From a virus (Duplodnaviria > Caudoviricetes): a stretch of 62,029 nt of DNA. The DNA lies in the IMG/VR virus record IMGVR_UViG_3300044980_000053, positions 1 to 62,029 of that record. One strand, written 5' to 3'. Below, piece by piece: positions 26,851-36,811 of the stretch. The notes under the pieces were generated by a model. That model saw only the letters and a list, made by a program, of their open reading frames with translations, ran no database searches and was not told the origin of the DNA. A program made the position numbers and the translations under genes. Positions within the stretch are counted from its first letter, which is position 1. Each line of letters begins with the position of its first letter.

Positions 26851-27867
26851 ATGACTAAGAATGGTAAGAATGGGTCCACGACGACAACCGCGACGACGGC
26901 TTTGACCCGTCCGGAACCTAAGGTCGTGAGTCGACCAGCTCTCGGTGCCGAATTAGCACTCCGGAACCCGGAAGAGCTGGACCAGGTCTTTTATGACAAG
27001 CAAGAAGCCCTATATGCACTGACGCAAGATGAGGCGCTTCCTGAGGAAATCAGGAACGCCATCACGGCTCTTCATACGCAGGCGGCTTCGAATAAGCCCG
27101 GTATGGACGAGATGAATATCAGCTGGCGTATTCCAGAGATTAAGATCGTGCAGGCGACTACGGTGAGCGCGGCGCGTCCCGCGGACTCTAGAACCGGAGA
27201 CCTATTCTCTTCGGCAGGCGAGGCTCTTCCAAAGACGTTCTCGTTCATCCCGGTACACTTCAACGAGGAGAACGTTCTGTTCCCTGTTGACGCGAAGCGC
27301 CCAGAGTGCCAGGCGCCCGACGCGAAGTTGGGCCGACCATACGGTGAGTGCTCCAAGTGCCCGCACCAGCCGTTCGGAAAGCAGAATGGCGGCCGCGGGG
27401 AACAGAAGCGCACGGAGTGCAACAACCAGATCGTCGCTACGGTACTAGCGGCAGACCTGTCGCAGTTGTACACTGTTCGTTTCGCGAAGACGTCGCGAAA
27501 GGCGGGAAGCTCGCTGTTGCAGCTGTCGGCTGCGCAACCAGTGCTGTGGCAGCAGACATATACCCTCAGTACCGAGAAGGGTCAGGGGACGGGTAACTAC
27601 TACGTCTTCAAGACCGCACCTACGGGTCGCAGCAATACACAGCACATGATGCGAGTGGCGCAAGCGCTATGCGAACTGTATACGGCAGATCGTCATAGGA
27701 AGCTCGCGGACCACTATCGCAGCGTTAGTGCTGCTGCAGACGTGGCTGCTGACGAGGAAGCGGAGTTCGAGAAGCGTCGTCACGCAAATGGCGACGCTGA
27801 ACCATACGACCTCGACGGCGCGGTTTCAGAGAAGACCTCGGTTAGAGGTAGCAGCAAGCCGATGTAG
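26851..27867 (+). CDS. Putative ssDNA-binding/recombination protein with Cys cluster
   Basis: IPEIKIVQ...PECQAPD...CSKCP...C pattern; acidic tail; heads the replication cluster. Function inferred. Confidence 0.45.
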   Translation: MTKNGKNGSTTTTATTALTRPEPKVVSRPALGAELALRNPEELDQVFYDKQEALYALTQDEALPEEIRNAITALHTQAASNKPGMDEMNISWRIPEIKIVQATTVSAARPADSRTGDLFSSAGEALPKTFSFIPVHFNEENVLFPVDAKRPECQAPDAKLGRPYGECSKCPHQPFGKQNGGRGEQKRTECNNQIVATVLAADLSQLYTVRFAKTSRKAGSSLLQLSAAQPVLWQQTYTLSTEKGQGTGNYYVFKTAPTGRSNTQHMMRVAQALCELYTADRHRKLADHYRSVSAAADVAADEEAEFEKRRHANGDAEPYDLDGAVSEKTSVRGSSKPM

Positions 27868-27872
27868 CTAAG

Positions 27873-27906
27873 AAGACGGGCGGCCTCTACGCGCTCGTCT
27901 TTTTTT
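27873..27906 (+). terminator. Intrinsic terminator
   Basis: AAGACGGGCG / CGCTCGTCTT stem followed by a T run just after the stop at 27867. Confidence 0.75.
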
Positions 27907-27940
27907 GCTAGGCCAGTGCTGTTATTTAACCGGAGGTCTC

Positions 27941-28780
27941 ATGTCACAGTTACCTGTACTTAATGAATTGGCGCAGAAGTACGCGCCGTGGTCGTGGAGT
28001 AAGCTCGGCACTGCTGAGTCGTGTCCCTCGCAGTTTCGTCACAAACACCTCTTGAAGACGGCGGAAACGGGCACAAATTCAGACACACAAGTCGGGGTAG
28101 CCGCTCATGCGGTTCTAGAACGGCGTCTCAAAGGAGTATCCAAAGAAGCGGCTGCTAAGGAAGCACTAGAAGAGACGCCACTAACTTCTCAAGAGATGGA
28201 GAATCTCTATGCACTAGACGAGCGCGTAGAGAGTTTCCTCCAGAAGTTTGACGCGTTCTGCAAGCGAGAGCGCGCGAAGAGCGTCATGATAGAGCAAGCC
28301 TGGGGTCTCGATGCTGCACTGCAGCCCGTTTCTTTTTTTGACCCTAAGGTCTTCTTCAGGGGAAAGATCGATGTCGCCGTCATAACAGCGCATGATGACG
28401 TCGTAGTCATTGACCACAAGTCCGGCTTTGCTAAAGACCTCTTCAAAGACACAAAGAAAAAACAGCAGCTCCACACATATGCGATATTGGCGCTGGCCAA
28501 TATTCCCGCTATGAAGGGAATGCGTGGCGCAATTCACTTTATGCAGGGCGACCCTAATAAAGCCATACAGTGGCTTGACTACGTCGACACTAAGAAGGTT
28601 AGAGACGTGTATGCGCCGTGGCTCTTTGATAAGATTAACGACGTCTCTAGTAACCTAGTCGAACCGTTCCTCGCTAAGCCGAAATTGCGTTGGCCGTGTG
28701 AATGGTGCGGATTTCGGGCGTCCTGCAAAGAATTCAACGAGAAATATCCAGAGGGAGTAGACCTTGGCGAAGCGTGGTAA
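27941..28780 (+). CDS. Second PD-(D/E)XK RecB/Cas4-like exonuclease
   Basis: GGAGGT SD before ATG 27941; SWSKL...CP, GVAAH, GKID...IDHKSG, QLHTY, CEWCGFRASC. Confidence 0.85.
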   Translation: MSQLPVLNELAQKYAPWSWSKLGTAESCPSQFRHKHLLKTAETGTNSDTQVGVAAHAVLERRLKGVSKEAAAKEALEETPLTSQEMENLYALDERVESFLQKFDAFCKRERAKSVMIEQAWGLDAALQPVSFFDPKVFFRGKIDVAVITAHDDVVVIDHKSGFAKDLFKDTKKKQQLHTYAILALANIPAMKGMRGAIHFMQGDPNKAIQWLDYVDTKKVRDVYAPWLFDKINDVSSNLVEPFLAKPKLRWPCEWCGFRASCKEFNEKYPEGVDLGEAW

Positions 28781-31700
28781 GAAAGGCGACGATCAGTCTG
28801 GCAAGTTTTCTCGCCTAACTGAACTGTGGACAGAGATAACATCAGACCAGTGGGGTTCGTTTCTCAACGAGCTTAAGCCGCAGTCTAAGTTCTCGTGGAG
28901 CAAGGATAGTATCAAGGGATGCTGCCCTCTTCATGATGAAGACACGCCATCGTTTTACGTAACGCCGTCTAAGGGCATCGCCTATTGCTTCGGCTGCCAT
29001 GCTCTATTTACCAATCCAGTTGCATTGGTAGCCAGCATCAGCGGCGCTCGCATGGGTGAGGCGCTTCTGCGCATTCGCAGACACTTCAATATTCGGCGGT
29101 CATTGTCGGATAAGTTCTGCGAACGGGTAACGGAGTATGAGCAGCACCAGGAACTCAAGTCGAAGATAGTGAACTTCTGCGGCGAGCAGCTGCTAGCAGC
29201 TATCAAGCTATGGCCAGACGACCAAGCCATGACGGATGCCGGTTTGTATTGGGCCAAGACGGCAGTCGAGTATCTAGTCTCTCGCAAGATGGGCGCGTCG
29301 CGCTCTGACTCGACAAATACTAAGATCGCTGACCCGCATGGTGTATGGGAGGCCGTGTGTCGCTCTCAGCTTATGGGGGCGTTGCCACCGGTGGCTTCCG
29401 CGTTGGCAGCCTTTGGCGCAGACAGCGAAGAATACAAGTTCTACGCGGAGTACACGAAGAAGTACACGGGTGAAGGCAACCGGTATATCGGTTGGCTAGT
29501 CATGCCGTACCATGATGCGCCTGGTTCTGTGTCTCGCATCAAACTGCGAGAGCCGCGGTCTGGTGATAAGAAGCAGATCGTCACTGTTGAGGAAGAAGAG
29601 TACAAAGAAGAAACAGGAGACTTCCTAGGTTTCTACGGTCTCCACTACTACCGTCTCTTCTTAGCCCCAAAGAGCCCAGGGGACCCCATGGTCCACACGG
29701 CATGTGTCGTCGAGGGCGAGTTCGACGCCCTGTCGAGCATCACACAGCAGATTAGAAACGGCGGCTCGCCCGATTTTATCGTTCTTGGCCTTTCAGGAGG
29801 CGGCGCGTCGTCGGTTGAGACTTTGCACAACTTTGGCGTGTCTCGTGTTCGCATCATCGGAGACAATGACAGTGGAGGCAATAAGTTCTCCCGTCAGGTA
29901 GTAGAGAAGTCTAAGGGTGCCGCTCTTTCGCTCCAGATTTTTTTGTGGCCTGACCGCGAGGATACGCAGAACATCAAGGACCCAGACGATGCGGTAAAGG
30001 CGCTGGGTTATCAGGTTTGGTTAGGTCTCGTATGCGATGACCGGTCGTACCTGTCTCTGCCTGACTGGTGTGTTCAGCAAGTTCAGGAGGAGCTCCGGGA
30101 CGCGCCGGTTAACGACGTACGCATGAGCGGTGAGATAGCCGCAAAGTGGGGCAAGTTCTTATCGGATAGTCAGGAACAAGAAAAGTACGTCAACGACGTC
30201 GCGGCTGCCTGCGGCGTTAGTGCTGACGTACTGCGTGACGACCTTGTTCCAGACGAGAAGAGCAAAGAAGTCAAAGCCTATATCAGTAGGTTGGCCTCTT
30301 TGATTTCATCGGCATTTGATGTCATCGGTATCAAGAGCGCGGAGAACCGCAAGAGCGTCCTCTGTCTATGGGACCGAAACAAGCGCGTAATGCACGACGT
30401 TCTGCTAAACGATGCAGTCAACGCAGAGACCTTCTTTTCTCATTACTACGGTAACATCGACGACATGCTCGAGCGCAATGTCGGGCCTCTTCCAGAGGAG
30501 GGGGACTGGGAAGGTGAGCTCCCGCACTCGTTGAAGATAAAGAGCTGTCGCCACTACTTGGTGCAAGCCATTCTAAAACTATCACAAGGTAAGACCAACA
30601 TCGCGGACTTAGAGATTAAGAAACAGGGCATACACGTGATGCCCAGCGTAAATTCAACGGACATCGGCCCTCCGCGTCCGGACGTGTTCATTCAGAACGG
30701 CAGAGACTTGTTTCATCTCTCGTATGACGAGGACGACAACATGTCAGCTGCAGTCGTCAACAGTCCGATTCAGAACGGAGTCATGTTCGAGGGGTCCGGA
30801 GAGCCGTGGGCTCAGGGACTAACTCTGTCTTCCATCAATACGCAGGTTGACGTTGTTAAGCTCTTCTTAGATCTCCGAAAGATGATTGATACTGGGTGGC
30901 GATGGAAGTATCAGGAAGTGGACACCACGTTCTTGGCTGCCTACGTGATGTGCTTGTCTGTGATGAATCTTTTCAAACGGCAGACTATCGTCTTCATTAC
31001 CGCTGAACCTTCATCGGGCAAAAGTCGTTTTTTGCACGGCTTTATCAGCGGCAACAGCTTCCCTGACATCAACGTACTGGAGCACAGTAAGGGTTACGAC
31101 GATTACAGCGAAGCTGGCGTGTCTAGTGGGCAGGCTGGTAGTACCCTATGCGCGTGCCTGGACGAGTTCGAGAAAGACCCTGACGACCCGAAGCGCACAG
31201 CCGCTGTCAAAGCTATCTTGTTGCTGCTCAGAGACATGATTTCTGAGTCTTCTGTCAAGCGTACACGCGGTACTGCAACCGGTGGCGTGAGAGAGGCACA
31301 CCTGCGTTTTCCTCTCATGATGGCCGCCGTGAATCCGCCTCAAGGGACCGCGGACCTAACGCGCCTGTTGGTCGTAGAGTCCGTAAATATCCTGGACCGT
31401 GACGCGCCTGAGGACATTCTCAAAAGAGAGATTGGCCAAGCCGGAATCATCAAGATTCGCAAGAATCTAACGGTAGGCCTGCTCCCGCACATCCAGTCTC
31501 TGATGCGCATACAGGACGAGATTAAGCAGGAACTAGGAGACAAATTCATCGTGCCGCGCAGCATTCCATCCCGAATCATGGAGGCACTGCATCCTGTCCT
31601 ATCCATGCTCAAGTTTCTGAGTATGGAAGCCCTGCGTTTAGGCCTACCAGAGGGTACGATTCCTGACTACCACGAGTTCATCAAGAACTTCAGCTCGACT

Positions 31701-32375
31701 CGCGAAGGTTCCATTAAGTTGACGTCCAGCCAGACGCTGGGCGAGGGCCTTCTACAGGACGTTCTAAACGGCTTCTTTTACATCACGGGGTCAGACGGTC
31801 GTATCAGCAATCGAAGCACAATCAGTCAGCTCATGGGAGACATGAATCGCGTACGAGACATTAATCTGACCATGTCAGGTGCGTACTTCGACGAGAAGAT
31901 GGAGTGGCTTGTTATCAATTGGATCGAGGCTCGGCAGAGCGTTCTACGAGACAGCAAGTTTTCGAAGTACGACGCACAAACTCTGCGAACGCTGTCCGAG
32001 CGCGCAAAGAGCTTTGTGAGATCTTCAGAGATCGAACGCGGGGCTGTTCTTCGTCGTTTGGCGAAGTACATGGGGCCGGCGCAGGACGCTAACCTGATTA
32101 CCGTTTACTCGATTCGCCACTTGCTCGACAAAACCCGTGAGGGGCAAACCGAGCTCATCCATGGCATGGGGGAAATTCCTGCGTCTGTTAATACGCAGGC
32201 GGACCTAGATGAAGTTCAGGAGTTCGCCAGAATCCACAAGATAAGCCTGGAGAAGGCAGCACAAGTCGTCGAGTTTATGCGGCAGTCTCGAGAGACGGCT
32301 GCGAAGAACGCGGCGCCTGCAGAAGAAAAAAAGAATGCAGGAGTTGCTGGACCCAACGATGAAGGCGTGGCATAA
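28764..32375 (+). CDS. DnaG-type primase (CHC2 Zn finger + TOPRIM) fused to a P-loop helicase-like domain
   Basis: CPLHDEDTPSF...CFGC; VEGEFDAL, GDND, KDPDD; AEPSSGKS Walker A, CLDEFE Walker B. Confidence 0.85.
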   Translation: MAKRGKKGDDQSGKFSRLTELWTEITSDQWGSFLNELKPQSKFSWSKDSIKGCCPLHDEDTPSFYVTPSKGIAYCFGCHALFTNPVALVASISGARMGEALLRIRRHFNIRRSLSDKFCERVTEYEQHQELKSKIVNFCGEQLLAAIKLWPDDQAMTDAGLYWAKTAVEYLVSRKMGASRSDSTNTKIADPHGVWEAVCRSQLMGALPPVASALAAFGADSEEYKFYAEYTKKYTGEGNRYIGWLVMPYHDAPGSVSRIKLREPRSGDKKQIVTVEEEEYKEETGDFLGFYGLHYYRLFLAPKSPGDPMVHTACVVEGEFDALSSITQQIRNGGSPDFIVLGLSGGGASSVETLHNFGVSRVRIIGDNDSGGNKFSRQVVEKSKGAALSLQIFLWPDREDTQNIKDPDDAVKALGYQVWLGLVCDDRSYLSLPDWCVQQVQEELRDAPVNDVRMSGEIAAKWGKFLSDSQEQEKYVNDVAAACGVSADVLRDDLVPDEKSKEVKAYISRLASLISSAFDVIGIKSAENRKSVLCLWDRNKRVMHDVLLNDAVNAETFFSHYYGNIDDMLERNVGPLPEEGDWEGELPHSLKIKSCRHYLVQAILKLSQGKTNIADLEIKKQGIHVMPSVNSTDIGPPRPDVFIQNGRDLFHLSYDEDDNMSAAVVNSPIQNGVMFEGSGEPWAQGLTLSSINTQVDVVKLFLDLRKMIDTGWRWKYQEVDTTFLAAYVMCLSVMNLFKRQTIVFITAEPSSGKSRFLHGFISGNSFPDINVLEHSKGYDDYSEAGVSSGQAGSTLCACLDEFEKDPDDPKRTAAVKAILLLLRDMISESSVKRTRGTATGGVREAHLRFPLMMAAVNPPQGTADLTRLLVVESVNILDRDAPEDILKREIGQAGIIKIRKNLTVGLLPHIQSLMRIQDEIKQELGDKFIVPRSIPSRIMEALHPVLSMLKFLSMEALRLGLPEGTIPDYHEFIKNFSSTREGSIKLTSSQTLGEGLLQDVLNGFFYITGSDGRISNRSTISQLMGDMNRVRDINLTMSGAYFDEKMEWLVINWIEARQSVLRDSKFSKYDAQTLRTLSERAKSFVRSSEIERGAVLRRLAKYMGPAQDANLITVYSIRHLLDKTREGQTELIHGMGEIPASVNTQADLDEVQEFARIHKISLEKAAQVVEFMRQSRETAAKNAAPAEEKKNAGVAGPNDEGVA

Positions 32376-32383
32376 GGGCGCCA

Positions 32384-35380
32384 GTGGCAGGAAAAACAAA
32401 ATTACCGGTGTTCACGGGAAATCCCGCAGTGGCACACCCCGACATTCAGGGCGGGGGAAAACCGAGTATCATCTGCGGCGGCTGCGACTTATTTCACAAG
32501 GAGAGATTTACGGGCTCTGGGGCGCCCGGACAAGTGGACGTTATGTTCGTATCTGAATCGCCATCGCAGTGGACGGTTAAGAACAATGCGGCATTCTCGG
32601 GCCGTGGAGGCTCGACGATTAAGCGCGCGTGGAAAGACCTTGGGCGTACGGACACCAAAACGGGCGCCCTTCGCGTGTGGTGGACGTACGCGGTCCAGTG
32701 TCAGGTTGAAGAGGGGCGCGAGCAATCAGGCTCTGCTAGTACCTCCACCATCGCCCGGTGCTCAAACTTTCTTAACCAGGCGATCTTGGTTAAGAGACCA
32801 AAAGTCATCATTGCGCTAGGCGCAACGGCGCTCAAGTCTCTTGGATATCGCGCGGAGAAGTTCACTGATGTACGCGGACGAATCTTGGAGCACGAGATCT
32901 CGGGCCACAGATTCTCTTTAGTAGTCACGTTCGGTACGAAGGCAGTGTTATCCCAGACGGGGTTGTTTCATCTTCTTACAGAAGACCTCAAACGAGCCGC
33001 GCGCTTAGCTACTGGCGTAGATGAGATCGCTCGCGCGACTCCTATAGAAGAGCTAACTAAGAACTACGTCTTTCCTAAGACTGTCCAGGAGGTTAAGGAC
33101 CTCTGTGACCATATTATCAACTACGTTGTCCCTGGGGCGCCGTCGGCGCAGAAATGTTTTCTAGCGCTGGACACGGAGACTAACACTCTCTATCCCCACA
33201 GAGCGGACGCTAAAGTCTTATGCCTGTCAGTGGCGTGGGATACCGGTAAGGCGACGGCGATACCGTTGTTTCACCCGCAAGCAACGTGGACACCAGACGA
33301 GCTCAGCGAGGTTCTGGCGCACGTTAGGCGTATGTTGGAATGTCCGAAGCCAAAGGTTCTTCACAATTCTGGTTTCGACCTTCGCTTCCTAGAACTACGT
33401 CACGGGTTGAAGGTTAACAACGTCCAGTGGGATACGATGCTAGGGGAGCATCTTCTACACGAAGACCTGACAGGCGCATACTCTCTCAAGACGCTAGGAC
33501 GGAACTACTTCCCAGAATTCTCTAACTATGCGGATAAAGTCGGAGAGATCGCGGCTACGCTAACAGAAGAAGAGCAAGAGACCGCAGACGCAATAGGGTC
33601 GGTTAAGAAGGGCAAGATAAAGAACCGTCTTGGTCTAGAAGACATGACCGGCGAGATGACCAAGGCTCAAGTAGACGCGTACATCCTGGGCGACAAGAAA
33701 CTCAGAAAGAAGCGCGCTAATGACGCCGGTTATGAGAGAGTTCCTCTAGACACCCTGCTCCCATACGCGGCCATCGATACGGATTTGACGCGCAGACTTC
33801 TGCGTAACCAATACGGTCGCATCAAGGATGAGGGTTGCCAGAAGACCGCTAGCTTAATGAAGTCTCACTGCATCCCGGCTGCGCGCGTGCTTGGTAAGAT
33901 GGAGTTTCTGGGATTCCCTGTAGACCGTGAGCACATCTCTGTCATAGAGGAACAACTCACTAAGGTCGTAGAAGCCAAGATGAATGCCTTGCGCGGGTTC
34001 TGGGATGCAACCATCGCATTCAAGCCGGACAAGAAGGGCGAGGAGTTCAATCCAAACTCAACTAAGCAGATTGAGTTCATGCTTTTCTCTGGCGGCGTCG
34101 TGGACCCTGAACATCCAAAGTATGACGACAAGGGAAATATCATTCCCGATACACGAGAGGGCCCGTGGTGCGAGAAGAACGAGAAGTCTGGTCAGTTTAA
34201 GACTGATAAGAAGACGCTAAAGGCTGTCGCTGAGAAGAAGCACTGTCCGTTTGCCAAGGCGCTGCTGGAGTACCGAGCCGCCCACAAGGCGCTAACGGGG
34301 TTCGTCCAGGAAATTAAGGTTCTGTCGGAGTACGACGGACGCGTACATACGAACTTCAACATCCACGGCACTGCGACCGGTCGTCTATCGTCGCGTTCTA
34401 TTAACTTACAGAACTTGCCGACTAAGAAGGTTGCGGGCACGAACATAAAGAAGATCTTCATCCCCGATAACCCGAATGAAGAGTTAGTCTTCAACGTGGA
34501 CTGGAAAGGCGCGGAGATCCGCGTGCTAACTGCATACGCCAGGGACCCAGAGCTCGAGAGGGCTCTCCAGTCTGGGCTAGATATTCACAGTTGGTTCACG
34601 CAAGAGGTCTTCGGTATTCCCTACGAAGAAGTCGAGGCGAAGAAGGAAACCGACGACAAGATAAAGGACACCCGCCTAACCATAAAGCGTGTCGTGTTTG
34701 GAACTCTTTATGGTGCGATGGCTAAGAAGATTGCCGAGACTGCCAGTATCTCCCAAGACAGAGCCCAGGAGATCATCGACAAGCTATACGCGCGCTTCCC
34801 GGCACTGGCGAAGTACATGGATGAGGTGGTTGGGCAAATCCACAGGAACGGCTACGTGGAGACGCTGTTTGGACGTAGGCGCCGATTCCCCCTATTCAAC
34901 GTCAGCGGGTTCTTTAAGGGCCGCGCGGAGCGAATGGGCAAGAACATGAAGATTCAGTCCACCTCGTCCGATATCGTCATTGGTCAGTTATGCGAGGTAG
35001 ATGAGCACATTAGTGAGCTAGGCGGCCGCTTGTGTATTACCGTCCACGACTCGATTGTTGGAACGATACGCAAGGACATGGCGCACCGGGCGGGCGCTTT
35101 TTTTCAGAAGTACTGCGTCGACAGGGTACGTGAGAGGTACCCGTGGCTACCCGTCGATTTCGCTTGCGACATCACTGTCGGACCAAACTACGGCGAACAG
35201 ATCCCGCTGCAGGACTGGCTAGACCAACGGGCCCCTGCCCCCAGCACAGAAGACAAAGAATTCTTCGAGGAGCTCGATCATGAGGCTGTGAAGGAACTTA
35301 GAGAAGACGAAGATGAGGCGCGTAATAGAGAGCGCATGGAACAACAAGAGGACGCCCGCCGAGAGGCTGAGGCATCATAA
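32384..35380 (+). CDS. polA: Family A DNA polymerase with N-terminal UDG family 4-like domain and 3'-5' exonuclease
   Basis: UDG-like CGGC...MFVSESP...FSGRGG...PKVIIALGATA; exonuclease DTET, HNSGFD, YAAID; polymerase TATGRLSS, DWKGAEIR, KRVVFGTLYG, VHDSI. Confidence 0.93.
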   Translation: MAGKTKLPVFTGNPAVAHPDIQGGGKPSIICGGCDLFHKERFTGSGAPGQVDVMFVSESPSQWTVKNNAAFSGRGGSTIKRAWKDLGRTDTKTGALRVWWTYAVQCQVEEGREQSGSASTSTIARCSNFLNQAILVKRPKVIIALGATALKSLGYRAEKFTDVRGRILEHEISGHRFSLVVTFGTKAVLSQTGLFHLLTEDLKRAARLATGVDEIARATPIEELTKNYVFPKTVQEVKDLCDHIINYVVPGAPSAQKCFLALDTETNTLYPHRADAKVLCLSVAWDTGKATAIPLFHPQATWTPDELSEVLAHVRRMLECPKPKVLHNSGFDLRFLELRHGLKVNNVQWDTMLGEHLLHEDLTGAYSLKTLGRNYFPEFSNYADKVGEIAATLTEEEQETADAIGSVKKGKIKNRLGLEDMTGEMTKAQVDAYILGDKKLRKKRANDAGYERVPLDTLLPYAAIDTDLTRRLLRNQYGRIKDEGCQKTASLMKSHCIPAARVLGKMEFLGFPVDREHISVIEEQLTKVVEAKMNALRGFWDATIAFKPDKKGEEFNPNSTKQIEFMLFSGGVVDPEHPKYDDKGNIIPDTREGPWCEKNEKSGQFKTDKKTLKAVAEKKHCPFAKALLEYRAAHKALTGFVQEIKVLSEYDGRVHTNFNIHGTATGRLSSRSINLQNLPTKKVAGTNIKKIFIPDNPNEELVFNVDWKGAEIRVLTAYARDPELERALQSGLDIHSWFTQEVFGIPYEEVEAKKETDDKIKDTRLTIKRVVFGTLYGAMAKKIAETASISQDRAQEIIDKLYARFPALAKYMDEVVGQIHRNGYVETLFGRRRRFPLFNVSGFFKGRAERMGKNMKIQSTSSDIVIGQLCEVDEHISELGGRLCITVHDSIVGTIRKDMAHRAGAFFQKYCVDRVRERYPWLPVDFACDITVGPNYGEQIPLQDWLDQRAPAPSTEDKEFFEELDHEAVKELREDEDEARNRERMEQQEDARREAEAS

Positions 35381-35407
35381 ACATTGCAACAAATGAGGTA
35401 GAAGTAA

Positions 35408-35989
35408 ATGTACACCAGGAGACCCGCCGCGAGAGACTGTGACCTTATGTTCTTCGATGTCGAGACCGGAGGGCTAGACCCCGATCGACACGACATTATC
35501 GATATCGCATGCGTACGCACTGACCCGACGGGTAAGACTGTCTTGGATGAATACTCATCTAGGATTATTCCTGTCAGGCCTGTCGATGCCGCTGCAGCCC
35601 GTGTCAACGGGTATACCGCTGAGAAGTGGGCGGCAGGCGCCGTACCGCTGAACACTGCCATGGTGCATGTTCTGAAGGTTGCTCGAGACTGCTTGTTCAC
35701 GGCTCACAACGTGAGCTTTGACTGGTCATTCTTAGAGGCTGCTATGAAAGAGTGCCAGCAGCGTTGGCCCAGCACGTATCACAAGATAGATACGGTGGCC
35801 TTGGCTATGCCAATGCTCAGAGCTGGGTTGGTGGAGAACGTCAAGCTCACCACGCTGACAAAGTTCTTTGGAATCGAGCACACTGACGCACACAGCGCGC
35901 TGTCTGATGCACGTGCCTGTAGAGAAGTATTTTTACGCCTTGACTCTGTCTACGGACCTGCCATAAAGTCCCTCAGCTCGGCCCCCTGA
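35408..35989 (+). CDS. DEDDh 3'-5' exonuclease (DnaQ-like)
   Basis: FDVETGG, AHNVSFD, HSALSDA. Confidence 0.9.
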   Translation: MYTRRPAARDCDLMFFDVETGGLDPDRHDIIDIACVRTDPTGKTVLDEYSSRIIPVRPVDAAAARVNGYTAEKWAAGAVPLNTAMVHVLKVARDCLFTAHNVSFDWSFLEAAMKECQQRWPSTYHKIDTVALAMPMLRAGLVENVKLTTLTKFFGIEHTDAHSALSDARACREVFLRLDSVYGPAIKSLSSAP

Positions 35990-36044
35990 TTCTGTCTTTG
36001 AGCAAAGACAAACTTGTTCATAGTCTCAGAGGGGCACCAACTTT

Positions 36045-36186
36045 TGCTCTCATAACCAGGACGAGATAGGCTGCGCTGCAGTAGCTGAATCAAGTTCGAC
36101 TTCCCTACGGTTCCAGGGTCGCGCCCTGAACTGCTTGGTCTCAGACTAATCCTGGCGGAGGCGTCCAGGTGCTGGTTATGAGGGCA
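36045..36186 (+). ncRNA. Candidate structured ncRNA closed by a 15-bp terminal stem
   Basis: TGCTCTCATAACCAG pairs with CTGGTTATGAGGGCA (one G-U), enclosing 3-4 hairpins; intergenic. Confidence 0.5.
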
Positions 36187-36241
36187 TCTATTTCTTAGGA
36201 GAAGAAATGGCTAGTGTTAACACCGTTATCGGGGTCAAGCC

Positions 36242-36811
36242 ATGAAGCCCTACTACTTTCGTAACGGCTTCATAAACGTAAAACTCGAGGATGTACTTAG
36301 CAGCACGCCTTGGGTTCAAGTGACAGATGCGCGCTTAGAGTGCTTCATGTCTGAAAGCACGGAAACGTACACCTACGGTGAAGGGCGCGGTGTGCGGACA
36401 TATCAACCCGTTCCCTATTCATCATTAGCCACTGAGATTCAACACCAACTAAATCGCGATGATATAGGCGGCCTAGACGGAGCTATGCGCGACGTCTTTC
36501 AATATAACGTCTGCTTTCTGAATCGCTACGACAACGCGCAAATGCAGTTAGGTTGGCATTCGGATGACTCTCCTGGCATGAGCCACGAACATCCCATTGC
36601 AGTAGTGTCGTTCGGACACGCGCGTGAGATTTGGTGGCGAGAGAAAACGCAGAGTGGCGTCGTGCCGTTGGATCAGCGGCAACTCTTAGAACACGGGTCA
36701 ATTTTCGTAATGCCTGCTGGCATGCAGCTCACGCATCAACATCGCATTCCTAAAGGAGACCGACCGATGAGCACTAGAGTGTCGCTTACGTTCAGGAGGT
36801 ACGTTCCATAA
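36242..36811 (+). CDS. alkB: AlkB-family 2OG-Fe(II) dioxygenase
   Basis: YNVCFLNRY...LGWHSDD...VVSFG...HQHRIPK...RVSLTFR. Confidence 0.9.
   Translation: MKPYYFRNGFINVKLEDVLSSTPWVQVTDARLECFMSESTETYTYGEGRGVRTYQPVPYSSLATEIQHQLNRDDIGGLDGAMRDVFQYNVCFLNRYDNAQMQLGWHSDDSPGMSHEHPIAVVSFGHAREIWWREKTQSGVVPLDQRQLLEHGSIFVMPAGMQLTHQHRIPKGDRPMSTRVSLTFRRYVP

Noticed and set aside
22039-28780. Cas4-like genes as a CRISPR-Cas system
   Set aside because: No cas1/cas2 or array is visible; solo Cas4/RecB-like nucleases are common in phage replication modules.
36045-36186. Retron msr-msd, tmRNA or SRP RNA
   Set aside because: No reverse transcriptase in the window, no tag ORF or tRNA-like acceptor ends, and no SRP GGAA-loop motif recognised.
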